From assembly GCA_964291675.2 (NCBI GenBank), contig OZ219865.1, positions 1 to 64,000 of the forward strand: a DNA stretch of 64,000 nucleotides, given 5' to 3'. Origin of the DNA: Alphaproteobacteria bacterium (GTDB taxonomy: Bacteria > Pseudomonadota > Alphaproteobacteria > MPNO01). The position numbers and the translations under genes are program-made. This document shows positions 41,015-49,192 of this stretch, piece after piece (within the stretch, counting starts at the first letter, position 1; the number at the start of each line of letters is the position of its first letter). The notes under the pieces are model-generated. The model saw only the letters and a program-made list of their open reading frames with translations, did not search any database and was not told the DNA's origin.

Positions 41015-41821
41015 ATGCGGTTGGCGAGCTTGCCGATGTACGACCTGCCCGGGAATCGGCGCGCCACGCGGGCCTGGTGGGCGGGGCTCGCCCGCGGGTT
41101 TGCCGCCGCCGGCCTCGACGACGTTCCGCAAGTCCTGACCGAGCCGGCCGATCGGAGCGGCCACTGGCTGGATCGGCGGTTGTTGTTCAGCCAGGCCTGC
41201 GGCCGGAACTATGTGCGCGAGCTGGCCGGGCATGTGCGGCTCGTCGCCACGCCGTGCTACGCCGCCCCGGGCTGCGACGGCCCGCTCTATCGCAGCCTGC
41301 TGCTCGCCGGCGCGGACTCGGAGCTCGATCCCGCGGACGATTTGAGCGGCGCGCGAGTGGCGATCAACGGCTTCGATTCGCATTCGGGCTGGGTCGCGCT
41401 GTGCGCCGCGGTGAGCGCGGCGGGTGACGCTCCCGATTTCGCCGACATCCGCGTGACCGGAAGCCATGCGGCAAGCATGGCAGCGGTCAGGCGCGGCGCG
41501 GCGGATCTCTGCGCCGTCGATTGCGTGACCTTCGCCCTGCTCGAACGGCACGCCCCGGACCGGGTGGCGGGGCTCAAACCCATGGGCCGGACCCCGGCGG
41601 CGCCCGGCCTGCCCTATATCACCGGCGCCGGCACCGGGCCCGCGGAGATCTCGCGCCTGCGCGACGGGTTGAGCCGCGCCCTGGAGGCGCCCGATCTGGC
41701 GAGCGTGCGCGACAGCCTGTTCATCGAGCGCTGCGAGGTGCTTGCCGATTCCGACTATGACCGCGTCCGCGACATGGCGCGGGAGACCGACCGCACGGGC
41801 GGGCAGGGCGCCGGATCGTGA
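41015..41821 (+). CDS. PhnD/SsuA-fold binding-protein-like protein lacking a signal peptide
   Basis: MRLASLPMYD, SQACG, YRSLL, AINGFDSHSG, TGSHAAS, ADLCAVDCVT. Confidence 0.8.
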   Translation: MRLASLPMYDLPGNRRATRAWWAGLARGFAAAGLDDVPQVLTEPADRSGHWLDRRLLFSQACGRNYVRELAGHVRLVATPCYAAPGCDGPLYRSLLLAGADSELDPADDLSGARVAINGFDSHSGWVALCAAVSAAGDAPDFADIRVTGSHAASMAAVRRGAADLCAVDCVTFALLERHAPDRVAGLKPMGRTPAAPGLPYITGAGTGPAEISRLRDGLSRALEAPDLASVRDSLFIERCEVLADSDYDRVRDMARETDRTGGQGAGS

Positions 41822-43269
41822 CGGTACCGATCGAAACCCGCGCGGACTTCACGCTGGAGACCGCCAGACGGGTGGCCTGGGACCGCGAAGGCGTCGAGCT
41901 CGGCGCCAGGGCGCGCGCCGCGATGCGGCTCGGCCGGCAGCGGCTGGAGCGCATTCTCGATCGCGAACCGGACGTAACGATCTATGGCGTGACGACGGGT
42001 CCGGGCCAGCTCGCCCGGAAGCGGCTCACGCCCGAGGAACGCGAACGCTGGGCCGGCGCGTCGCCGGCCCGCATCGCTGCATCCTGGGGCGATCCCCTGC
42101 CCGAACGCGTGGTGCGCGCCATCGTTCTGGCGCGGCTGACCAACTTCGTGGAAGGGCACGCCGCGATATCGCCGGAAATCGCGCTCGGCGTCGCCGCCAT
42201 GCTGGACCAGGACAGCCTGCCCGAGGTCCCGGCGCAGGGTCAGGGCGGGGCGGGCGAAATTCTCGCGCTGAGCCACCTGTTCAGCGGCCTGGCGGAACGG
42301 ATGAAGCCGGCGGCCAAGGACGTGCTGTGCCTGATCAACGGCTCGCCATCCGCCACCGGGCTGGTCGCCGACGCCGCGCTTGTCGCCGACAGGCGCTTCG
42401 AGACGGCGGCGCAGGTCTTCGCCCTGTCCTTCGAGGCCTTCAACGCGCCGCTGGACCATCTCGACCGCGCGCTCGACGGCTACTGGAACAACCCCCACGA
42501 CGGCTGGGCCCTGCTGCGCCTTCGCGAACTGCTGGGCGACGGCCACGGCGGAGAACGGCGCCCCTATCAGGCGCCGGTCAGCTTCCGCATCGTGCCGCGG
42601 ATGCTGGGCCAGGCCCGGCGGGCGGCGAGCATGGCCGCCGAAATCGCCGCGGAGTCGCTCCAGGCGGTGACCGACAACCCGGTCTGGATCGATTGCGTCG
42701 ACGACGACCGTCCCTTCGGTCGCTTCATATCGACAGGCGGCTATCACAACCCGCATGCGGTGCTCGCGATGGACGCGCTGTCCGCCGCATGCGCCAATCT
42801 CTGCGTTCTCGCCGCGCGTCACGGTGCGAAGCTGCTGGACGGCGCCGTCTCGCTGCTGCCCGATCAACTCAACGCTCCCGAGGCCGGCGGCGAAATCGGC
42901 CGCGCCTATATGGGGTGTCTGCCGATGGCCCAGACGGGGTACGAGGAGGAAGCCCGCCTCTACGCTCAGCCCACGCTGCTGCCCGGCGGGGAGTCCGGCG
43001 GCTTCGGTCAGAACGACGTCGCCAGCCCCGTGTTTCTGTCATGGTCCAAGCAGGACCGCGCCGGCAGGTGTCTCGACATGGCGCTCGCCGGTCTCGTGCC
43101 CATCGCGCTCCGCGCCCTCGACGTGACCGACCGGCCGGTTCCGCCGGGGCTGGCCCGGCTCGAGGGCGCCATCCGGGAGCTCGAACCCGACATCGCGCAG
43201 CGCTCGGCCTTCGGCCCCGTGGTGGCCTCGATCGCCGGCGCATTGCGCCGCGACATATATCCGTCATAG
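41818..43269 (+). CDS. Aromatic-amino-acid ammonia-lyase superfamily protein without the MIO (ASG) triad
   Basis: IYGVTTGPG, KDVLCLINGS, QAPVSFR, TDNP, STGGYH, QNDVAS; HAL motif GSVGASGDL replaced by GQGGAGEIL. Confidence 0.85.
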   Translation: MTVPIETRADFTLETARRVAWDREGVELGARARAAMRLGRQRLERILDREPDVTIYGVTTGPGQLARKRLTPEERERWAGASPARIAASWGDPLPERVVRAIVLARLTNFVEGHAAISPEIALGVAAMLDQDSLPEVPAQGQGGAGEILALSHLFSGLAERMKPAAKDVLCLINGSPSATGLVADAALVADRRFETAAQVFALSFEAFNAPLDHLDRALDGYWNNPHDGWALLRLRELLGDGHGGERRPYQAPVSFRIVPRMLGQARRAASMAAEIAAESLQAVTDNPVWIDCVDDDRPFGRFISTGGYHNPHAVLAMDALSAACANLCVLAARHGAKLLDGAVSLLPDQLNAPEAGGEIGRAYMGCLPMAQTGYEEEARLYAQPTLLPGGESGGFGQNDVASPVFLSWSKQDRAGRCLDMALAGLVPIALRALDVTDRPVPPGLARLEGAIRELEPDIAQRSAFGPVVASIAGALRRDIYPS

Positions 43270-43310
43270 CGCGAAGGGAGCGGATGCCGAGGCGGCGAAG
43301 CGGCCGGTTC

Positions 43311-44534
43311 TCAGCCCCTGAGCAGCGCCTGGAGCTTGACCGCCGGGTCGGCGAGCGCGGCCGGGTCGACGATCTTCTCCGCCTGCATCAGCCGCCTGGC
43401 GAAGCGGATGTCGCGCGGGCTGTTGATCGCCGCCGCGCCGTCGATCCTGCCGTCCTTGATGTAGAACTCGACGAAGCTGCCCTCCGCCCGCTCGCCCCTT
43501 GTCACGGTCTCGTCGAACCCGGCGGGCAGGCCCACGAGCTGGATGTTGACGTCGTACTGGTCCGACCAGAACCAGGGGATCTCGCAATAGGGGGTATCCC
43601 CGCCGAGCATCGCCCGGGCGGCGGCGATGCCCTGGTTCTGCGCGTTCTCCCAGGATTCCAGGCGGATATTGCGGCCGAGCAGGCCGTTGGGGTGGTTGGT
43701 CACGTCGCCGGCGGCGAAGATGTCGGGATCGGAGGTGCGGCAGAGCGCATCCACCCTTATGCCGTTGTCGACCTCCAGCCCGGCCGCCTCGGCGAGCTCG
43801 ACGTTGGGGACGATGCCGATGCCGATCACCACGGCGGTCGCCGCCAGGGTCTCGCCGCCGGCCAGCCTGACGCCGCTAACCCGTCCGTCGCCGGTCAGCG
43901 CCTCGACGGCGGCGCCCAGCCTGACATCGACCCCGCGGCCGCGATGGATTTTTAGAAGATACGCCGCGATCTCCGGCGTCAGCGCCCGGGCGCACAGCAT
44001 GTCGAGCGCCTCGACCACCGCCACCTCGGCGCCGAGCATGCGCGCCGCCGCCGCCACCTCCAGGCCGATCCAGCCGCCGCCGATCACCACGATGCTCGCG
44101 CCCTCGCCGAGATCGCCGCGGATCGCCGCGCTGTCGTCGATGCCGCGCAGATAGTGGACGCCGCCGAGCGCCGTCCCTTCGAGCGGGAGCTCGCGCACCC
44201 GCCCGCCGGTGGCGATCAGCAGCTTGTCGTAGGCGAGCGTTTCACCGTCGCCGAGCGAGACGGTCTTCGCCGTCCGGTCGATCCCGGTCGCGGCGACCCC
44301 GCTGCGCAGCTCGACCCCCCAGAGGTCGAACGAGCCTTCCGGCCAGAGATAGCTCGATTCCGCCGGTTCCTTGCCGAGCAGCACCTCCTTGGACAGAGGC
44401 GGGCGCTCGTAGGGCGGGTAGGGCTCCTCGCCGACGACGACGATGCGTCCCTCGAACCCTTCGTCGCGCAGCGTCTTCGCCGCCCAGCCGCCGGCCTGGC
44501 CGGCGCCGATGACGACGATCCCGGGATCGCTCAT
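43311..44534 (-). CDS. FAD-dependent ferredoxin reductase
   Basis: IGAGQAG, YERPPLSK, IGGGWIGLE, AAGDV, RLESWENA, PWFWSDQYD. Confidence 0.93.
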   Translation of the reverse strand: MSDPGIVVIGAGQAGGWAAKTLRDEGFEGRIVVVGEEPYPPYERPPLSKEVLLGKEPAESSYLWPEGSFDLWGVELRSGVAATGIDRTAKTVSLGDGETLAYDKLLIATGGRVRELPLEGTALGGVHYLRGIDDSAAIRGDLGEGASIVVIGGGWIGLEVAAAARMLGAEVAVVEALDMLCARALTPEIAAYLLKIHRGRGVDVRLGAAVEALTGDGRVSGVRLAGGETLAATAVVIGIGIVPNVELAEAAGLEVDNGIRVDALCRTSDPDIFAAGDVTNHPNGLLGRNIRLESWENAQNQGIAAARAMLGGDTPYCEIPWFWSDQYDVNIQLVGLPAGFDETVTRGERAEGSFVEFYIKDGRIDGAAAINSPRDIRFARRLMQAEKIVDPAALADPAVKLQALLRG

Positions 44535-44552
44535 GGAATGGGAGCCCGGCGG

Positions 44553-44873
44553 CTAGCCCGGCACGCCGACCATGATGTCGTCGCCGTCGACCCTGACCTC
44601 ATAGACCTTGAGGTCCTCGGTCACCGGCGGGGTCAGCGCCTTGCCGGTCTTGATGTCGAAGCAGCCGCCATGCAGCGGGCACTCGATGGAGTCGCCCTCG
44701 ACGTAGCCGTCGGCCAGCGAGGCGTAGGCATGGGTGCAGATGTCGTCGGTGGCGTAGAATTCGCCTTCCACGTTGTAGATCGCGATTTCCTTCTTGCCGA
44801 CGATCACCTGGATCGCCTCGCCATCGTCGAGATCGCCGGTCTTGGCGACGGCGTGAAACTCGATATCGCTCAT
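44553..44873 (-). CDS. Rieske [2Fe-2S] ferredoxin
   Basis: MSDIEFHAV...; CTH...CPLHGGCFD. Confidence 0.93.
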   Translation of the reverse strand: MSDIEFHAVAKTGDLDDGEAIQVIVGKKEIAIYNVEGEFYATDDICTHAYASLADGYVEGDSIECPLHGGCFDIKTGKALTPPVTEDLKVYEVRVDGDDIMVGVPG

Positions 44874-45059
44874 TCTTCCTGCGCCTCCGTCTAGCCCGAA
44901 TGCGCCGCAACGGCGCGCGGACGCCAGCTTGCGCACCTCGCGGTGCTAACCTTCTGACATGGTTTCGCTTTCCTTCTCCCGCGCTCGGCCGGTCGGGGTT
45001 CAATTCCGCGCCTGCCGGTTTTCCGGCCGCGGCCGGAACGGGGAGCAGGGACGCGCCCA

Positions 45060-45087
45060 AACTTACCCTTACCGGGCCGCGCGTCAA
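45060..45087 (-). promoter_or_regulatory. Putative sigma70 promoter for ferredoxin-reductase operon
   Basis: TTGACG-N16-TAAGTT on the minus strand, ~190 nt upstream of the ferredoxin ATG. Confidence 0.45.
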
Positions 45088-45112
45088 GTTCCATGCATCC
45101 GCGCTCGAACGC

Positions 45113-46354
45113 CTAGCCCGCCGGTGCGTGATGATCCGACCGGGCGTAGTGCCGCCGGAGCAGGTCGATGCCGTAATCGTTGCCGTTGGGCGTGCGCACG
45201 ATGGTGTGGATGTGGAACCGCGCCGGGTCCGGGTTGGCGAGGAACACCCCCGAGTGGTGGTCGAACTCGATGAAGACGACCGGGCTCTGGATCCGGTAGT
45301 AGAAGGTGGACGCCTCCCCGGTCCCGCCGATCCAGCAGAAATGCGTCTCGGACAGATGCCGTTCGACCTCGTCGAGCCTCGCGTTGAGGGGGCCCGCGGG
45401 GAGCGGCTCGACAAAGCACTCGACGAGGTCGAGCAGGCGGCGCTTCTGCCCGGCGGACAGCGCGTCGCAGGGCAGCCCCTCGTAGGGCACGATCCGGTTG
45501 TCCTGGTACGCCCCGCCGAGATGGAGGTGGTCGGCGAAGTGCCAGCGCCCCGGCGGCAGGTCCTCGCCCCTCATCGAGCGCGACACGAGGGCGCGGCTTT
45601 GCAGCGCCGGGGCGAGCGAGCGCATCAGGGCGAGCCCCCGGTGCTCTTCGTCCTCGAACACGCTCAACCCGGCATGCGGTCCGGCATCGGCATGGGCCGG
45701 CTCGGCGCCCATGAAGCAGGGCGTGAGCACCATCCGCTCGCCGAGCAGGAAACAGTTGAGGGTCAGATGGTGGCCGAAGACCTGCCAACCCCAGGGCTCG
45801 CTCTCCGACGGCGTACCGAACAGGCAGAGCGTGAAGCTCCACTCGCCCAGCACCGCCTCGCCGCCCAGCAACTCGCCCAGAAAGCCGTTGAGGCGCATCA
45901 CCGCGCGGGTCTTGTCCAAGCCGCGCGGGCTCAGCCCGGCGCGCAGCAGGTCGAGCGCGGCGTCGCGCAGCTCCGGTCCGACCTCGTCGAGGCGGAGCCC
46001 GTGATCTTCCAGATGGAGCTCGGTGTTCTGCCAGCGCCGCCACATCTCCGAATCCACCGGGAAATGCGCCCGCGCGCGCTGCTCCCGCGACATCCGGCCC
46101 AGCAGGGCGCGCGCCGCCGCCGTCATCGCCCCGGATGGCGCGCCCGCAGACTCCGGCGAGAACAGCCCGGCCTCGACCGTGCCGTCCACGGTGATCCCGG
46201 TGAACGGGCGTTCGGCCAGCTCGGACCAACCCCTGAGGAGCTCCTGCGCCCGGCCCGCGCGGGTCCGGTTGGCGGTATGCTCGACCGGCGTGGCGCCGGC
46301 GATCCGCGACTGCCCGGGGGCGGGGACGTAGGGTCGGAAATCGGCGCGGCTCAT
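45113..46354 (-). CDS. DUF3500-family protein
   Basis: LFGTPS...WGWQVFGHHLTLN, FYYRIQSPVVFIEFDHH, HIHTIVRTPNGNDYG. Confidence 0.85.
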   Translation of the reverse strand: MSRADFRPYVPAPGQSRIAGATPVEHTANRTRAGRAQELLRGWSELAERPFTGITVDGTVEAGLFSPESAGAPSGAMTAAARALLGRMSREQRARAHFPVDSEMWRRWQNTELHLEDHGLRLDEVGPELRDAALDLLRAGLSPRGLDKTRAVMRLNGFLGELLGGEAVLGEWSFTLCLFGTPSESEPWGWQVFGHHLTLNCFLLGERMVLTPCFMGAEPAHADAGPHAGLSVFEDEEHRGLALMRSLAPALQSRALVSRSMRGEDLPPGRWHFADHLHLGGAYQDNRIVPYEGLPCDALSAGQKRRLLDLVECFVEPLPAGPLNARLDEVERHLSETHFCWIGGTGEASTFYYRIQSPVVFIEFDHHSGVFLANPDPARFHIHTIVRTPNGNDYGIDLLRRHYARSDHHAPAG

Positions 46355-46469
46355 CCTGGCTGGTCCCCCGTCTCTCGCGAATGGCGGCCGTTCGGGCCGC
46401 CTGGTTCGGATGATATCGCTTCCGGCACCGAATGGCGTGCCTCCGGGCGTCCCGATATAGTGCGCCGCC

Positions 46470-47708
46470 ATGGCGGGCGAGACGGACTTCGAATGGCCGG
46501 GGGAGGGGGTCAGCCGGGTTCCCTACCGGGTCTATTCGGACGCGGAAATCTACGAGGCGGAGCAGCACCGGATCTTCCGCGGGCCGGTCTGGCATTTCGT
46601 CATGCTGGAGCAGGAGATCCCCGCGCCCGGCGACTATCGCCGGGCGCGGATCGGCGACACCCCGATCGTTGCGGTCCGCGACCGCGGCGGCTCGATCAAC
46701 GCGATGGTCAACCGCTGCGTCCATCGCGGCAATCTGGTCTGCATCGACGAGGCCGGGCGGGCGGACGGGCGGCTCACCTGCGTCTACCACAACTGGACCT
46801 ACGACCTGGCCGGGCGGCTGACCTCGGTCGCCTTCCAGAAGGGGGCGGGCGGCAAGGGCGGCATGCCGGCGGATTTCGACCTCGCCGCCCACCGGATGAC
46901 GCCGCTCCGCGTCGCGGTCTATCGCGGGCTGGTGTTCGTCACCCTGTCGGCGGACACGCCGCCGCTGGAGGACTGGCTCGGCCCCGAGATGCGCGCCAAT
47001 ATCGACCGCGTGCTGGGCCGCGACATGGTGATCCTCGCCAGCTACACCCAGTCGATGGCCAACAACTGGAAGCTGTATATGGAGAACGTTCGCGACTCCT
47101 ACCACGCGAGCCTGCTCCACCTGTTCTTCACCGCGACGCGGATCAACCGGCTGTCGATGGAGGGCGGAATCCGGCTGTCGGAGCGCGGCTGGCACCATAT
47201 CAGCTACTCGATCGCCGCCACCGACCGCGAGGAGCCCGAATACGACCCCGAGAAGCTGCGCGCCGCGGATGACGGCTATGACATCGCCGATCCCCGCGTG
47301 GTGCGCGGCTGGCCCGAATACGAATGCGGCACCACGCTCGCGATCCAGAGCGTCTTCCCCAACTTCGTCCTGCAACAGACGCTGAACTCGATCGCGCTGA
47401 GGGTCTGCGTCCCCAGCGGGCCCGATGCCTGCGAGCTTTCCTGGCGCATTCTCGGCTGCGCCGCCGACAGCGAGGCCGGGCGCGCCGCGCGCATCCACCA
47501 GAGCAACCTGATCGGCCCGGCCGGGCTGATCTCGATGGAGGACGGGATCGTCGGAAGCTGGGTCCAGCAGGGCACGAAGCGCGATCCCGACAAGGCGTCG
47601 ATCGTCGAGATGGGCGGGCGCGACGTGGCGCCCAGCCCGGGCTCGCGCGCCACCGAGGTCTCGGTGCGCGGGTTCTGGCAGGGCTGGCGCGATCTGATGG
47701 AAATCTGA
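46470..47708 (+). CDS. Rieske oxygenase alpha subunit (salicylate-5-hydroxylase/terephthalate/anthranilate group)
   Basis: VSRVPYRVY, NRCVHRG / CVYHNW, NWKLYMENVRDSYHASLLH, NLIGPAGLISMEDG. Confidence 0.9.
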   Translation: MAGETDFEWPGEGVSRVPYRVYSDAEIYEAEQHRIFRGPVWHFVMLEQEIPAPGDYRRARIGDTPIVAVRDRGGSINAMVNRCVHRGNLVCIDEAGRADGRLTCVYHNWTYDLAGRLTSVAFQKGAGGKGGMPADFDLAAHRMTPLRVAVYRGLVFVTLSADTPPLEDWLGPEMRANIDRVLGRDMVILASYTQSMANNWKLYMENVRDSYHASLLHLFFTATRINRLSMEGGIRLSERGWHHISYSIAATDREEPEYDPEKLRAADDGYDIADPRVVRGWPEYECGTTLAIQSVFPNFVLQQTLNSIALRVCVPSGPDACELSWRILGCAADSEAGRAARIHQSNLIGPAGLISMEDGIVGSWVQQGTKRDPDKASIVEMGGRDVAPSPGSRATEVSVRGFWQGWRDLMEI

Positions 47709-47720
47709 CGGGAGGAGCAG

Positions 47721-48578
47721 GTGAGGCTGGTGAGCTTTGCGGCCGAAGGAAGCGAGTCCTTCGGCATCGTCGACGGCGAGGGCGTGATCGATCTCGGCCC
47801 GCGCCTGCCCGAAGCGTCGGGTCTGGCCGACCTGCTGACCGGCGACGGGCGGCGCCGGGCGGAGGCGGCGGCGAAGGGGGCCCGGGCCGATTTCCGCCTC
47901 GACGAGATCGCCTTCCGGCGCCCGGTCCCGTGGCCGGAGAAGACGGTCTGCATCGGCGTCAACTACGCCCGCCGCAACGAGGAGTACGACGATTCGTCGC
48001 TGCCGCCCTTTCCCAGCGTCTTCCTGCGCGTGCCCGACACGCTGGTCGGCCACGGACAGCCGATCCTCCGCCCGCCCGAATCCGAGCAGCTCGACTACGA
48101 GGCCGAGATCGCCGTCGTGATCGGCGAGGGCGGGCGGCGCATCCCGCGCGAGCGCGCGCTCGCCCACATCGCCGGGCTCACCTGCCTCAACGAGGGCTGC
48201 ATCCGCGACTGGATGCGGCACGGCAAGTTCAACGTCACCCAGGGCAAGAATTTCGACCGCTGCGGGTCGGTCGGCCCCTGGCTGGTGACCGCCGACGAGT
48301 TTCCCGGCGGCTATGGCGATTTGAGGGTGACCGGGCGGGTCAACGGCGAGGTGCGCCAGGACGACACCACGGCCAACCTGATTTTCGATTTCGCCTATCT
48401 GGTGAGCTACGTCTCGACCTGGGCGGCGCTCAAGCCGGGCGACGTGATCTCCACCGGCACGCCGACCGGCGCCGGCGCCCGCTTCGACCCGCCGAAGTGG
48501 CTCAAGCCCGGCGACGTCGTCGAGGTCGAGGTCTCCGGCATCGGCACGCTGCGCAACACCGTCGCCGAGGAGGGGTGA
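47721..48578 (+). CDS. Fumarylacetoacetate hydrolase family protein
   Basis: CIGVNY, LDYEAE, GKNFD, PGDVISTGTP. Confidence 0.92.
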   Translation: MRLVSFAAEGSESFGIVDGEGVIDLGPRLPEASGLADLLTGDGRRRAEAAAKGARADFRLDEIAFRRPVPWPEKTVCIGVNYARRNEEYDDSSLPPFPSVFLRVPDTLVGHGQPILRPPESEQLDYEAEIAVVIGEGGRRIPRERALAHIAGLTCLNEGCIRDWMRHGKFNVTQGKNFDRCGSVGPWLVTADEFPGGYGDLRVTGRVNGEVRQDDTTANLIFDFAYLVSYVSTWAALKPGDVISTGTPTGAGARFDPPKWLKPGDVVEVEVSGIGTLRNTVAEEG

Positions 48579-48678
48579 GGGGTGGCGGTGCTCGCAGGGC
48601 CCTTCATGCGGATTTGCCGATAGGTATCGCGCACAAGCAACGATTGGTGCTCGCGCTGGGTTCTGCTATCCGGAGCGG

Positions 48679-48909
48679 ATGAACGCCGACGTCGAGAACC
48701 CGGTGCTCGACCAGCTGCGGGCGACTCGCTCCAAGGTCGACAAGATCGACGACGATCTCGGCTATCTTCGCCAGCGCGTGTCGTCGGTCGAGCGCCACCT
48801 CGCAAACCTGAGGAGTGATGTCGCGCTGGTTCATCAGCGGCTCGATCATCTGAGCGACCGCTGCGAACGCATCGAGCGCCGCCTCGACTTCACCGACGCG
48901 CCCGCGTGA
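48679..48909 (+). CDS. Small coiled-coil hypothetical protein
   Basis: 76 aa, GGAG RBS, heptad pattern ending RLDHLSDRCERIERRLDF. Confidence 0.65.
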   Translation: MNADVENPVLDQLRATRSKVDKIDDDLGYLRQRVSSVERHLANLRSDVALVHQRLDHLSDRCERIERRLDFTDAPA

Positions 48910-49020
48910 ACTGAAGCCGCCGGGTCCCCCAAGCCGTGATGCCCTCGCCCTGCGCGGTAGTCTCACCCGGTAGGGGCCGGCGGAGGGGCGTAACGGCCTG
49001 CCCCGCCGCGCCCCCACCAC

Positions 49021-49161
49021 CGTCATGCCCGGACTTGATCCGGCCATCCATGGGCGGGACAGGAAGAACGGATGTGGCCCGCGTCGGAGGCTAAACCGGA
49101 CCGCAGTGGAACAGGTCCAGCCATGACGAAGGGGGCGTGGAGGGCGCGTATCGAGGGACGC
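49021..49161. repeat. REP pair with IS-end-like 18-mer and partial family-2 REP
   Basis: REP 49021-49050; CTAAACCGGACCGCAGTG 49091-49108 fused to half REP 49109-49128; GCGTATCGAGGGACG ~49146-49160. Confidence 0.85.
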
Positions 49162-49192
49162 CCGCAGCGACTCAATCTGGGAAGGACATGCG

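Noticed and set aside
41818-43269. hutH assignment
   Set aside because: MIO-forming ASG absent and no hutU/I/G in the window.
44985-45020. tRNA-like GGGGTTCAATTCC
   Set aside because: No cloverleaf can be formed around it.
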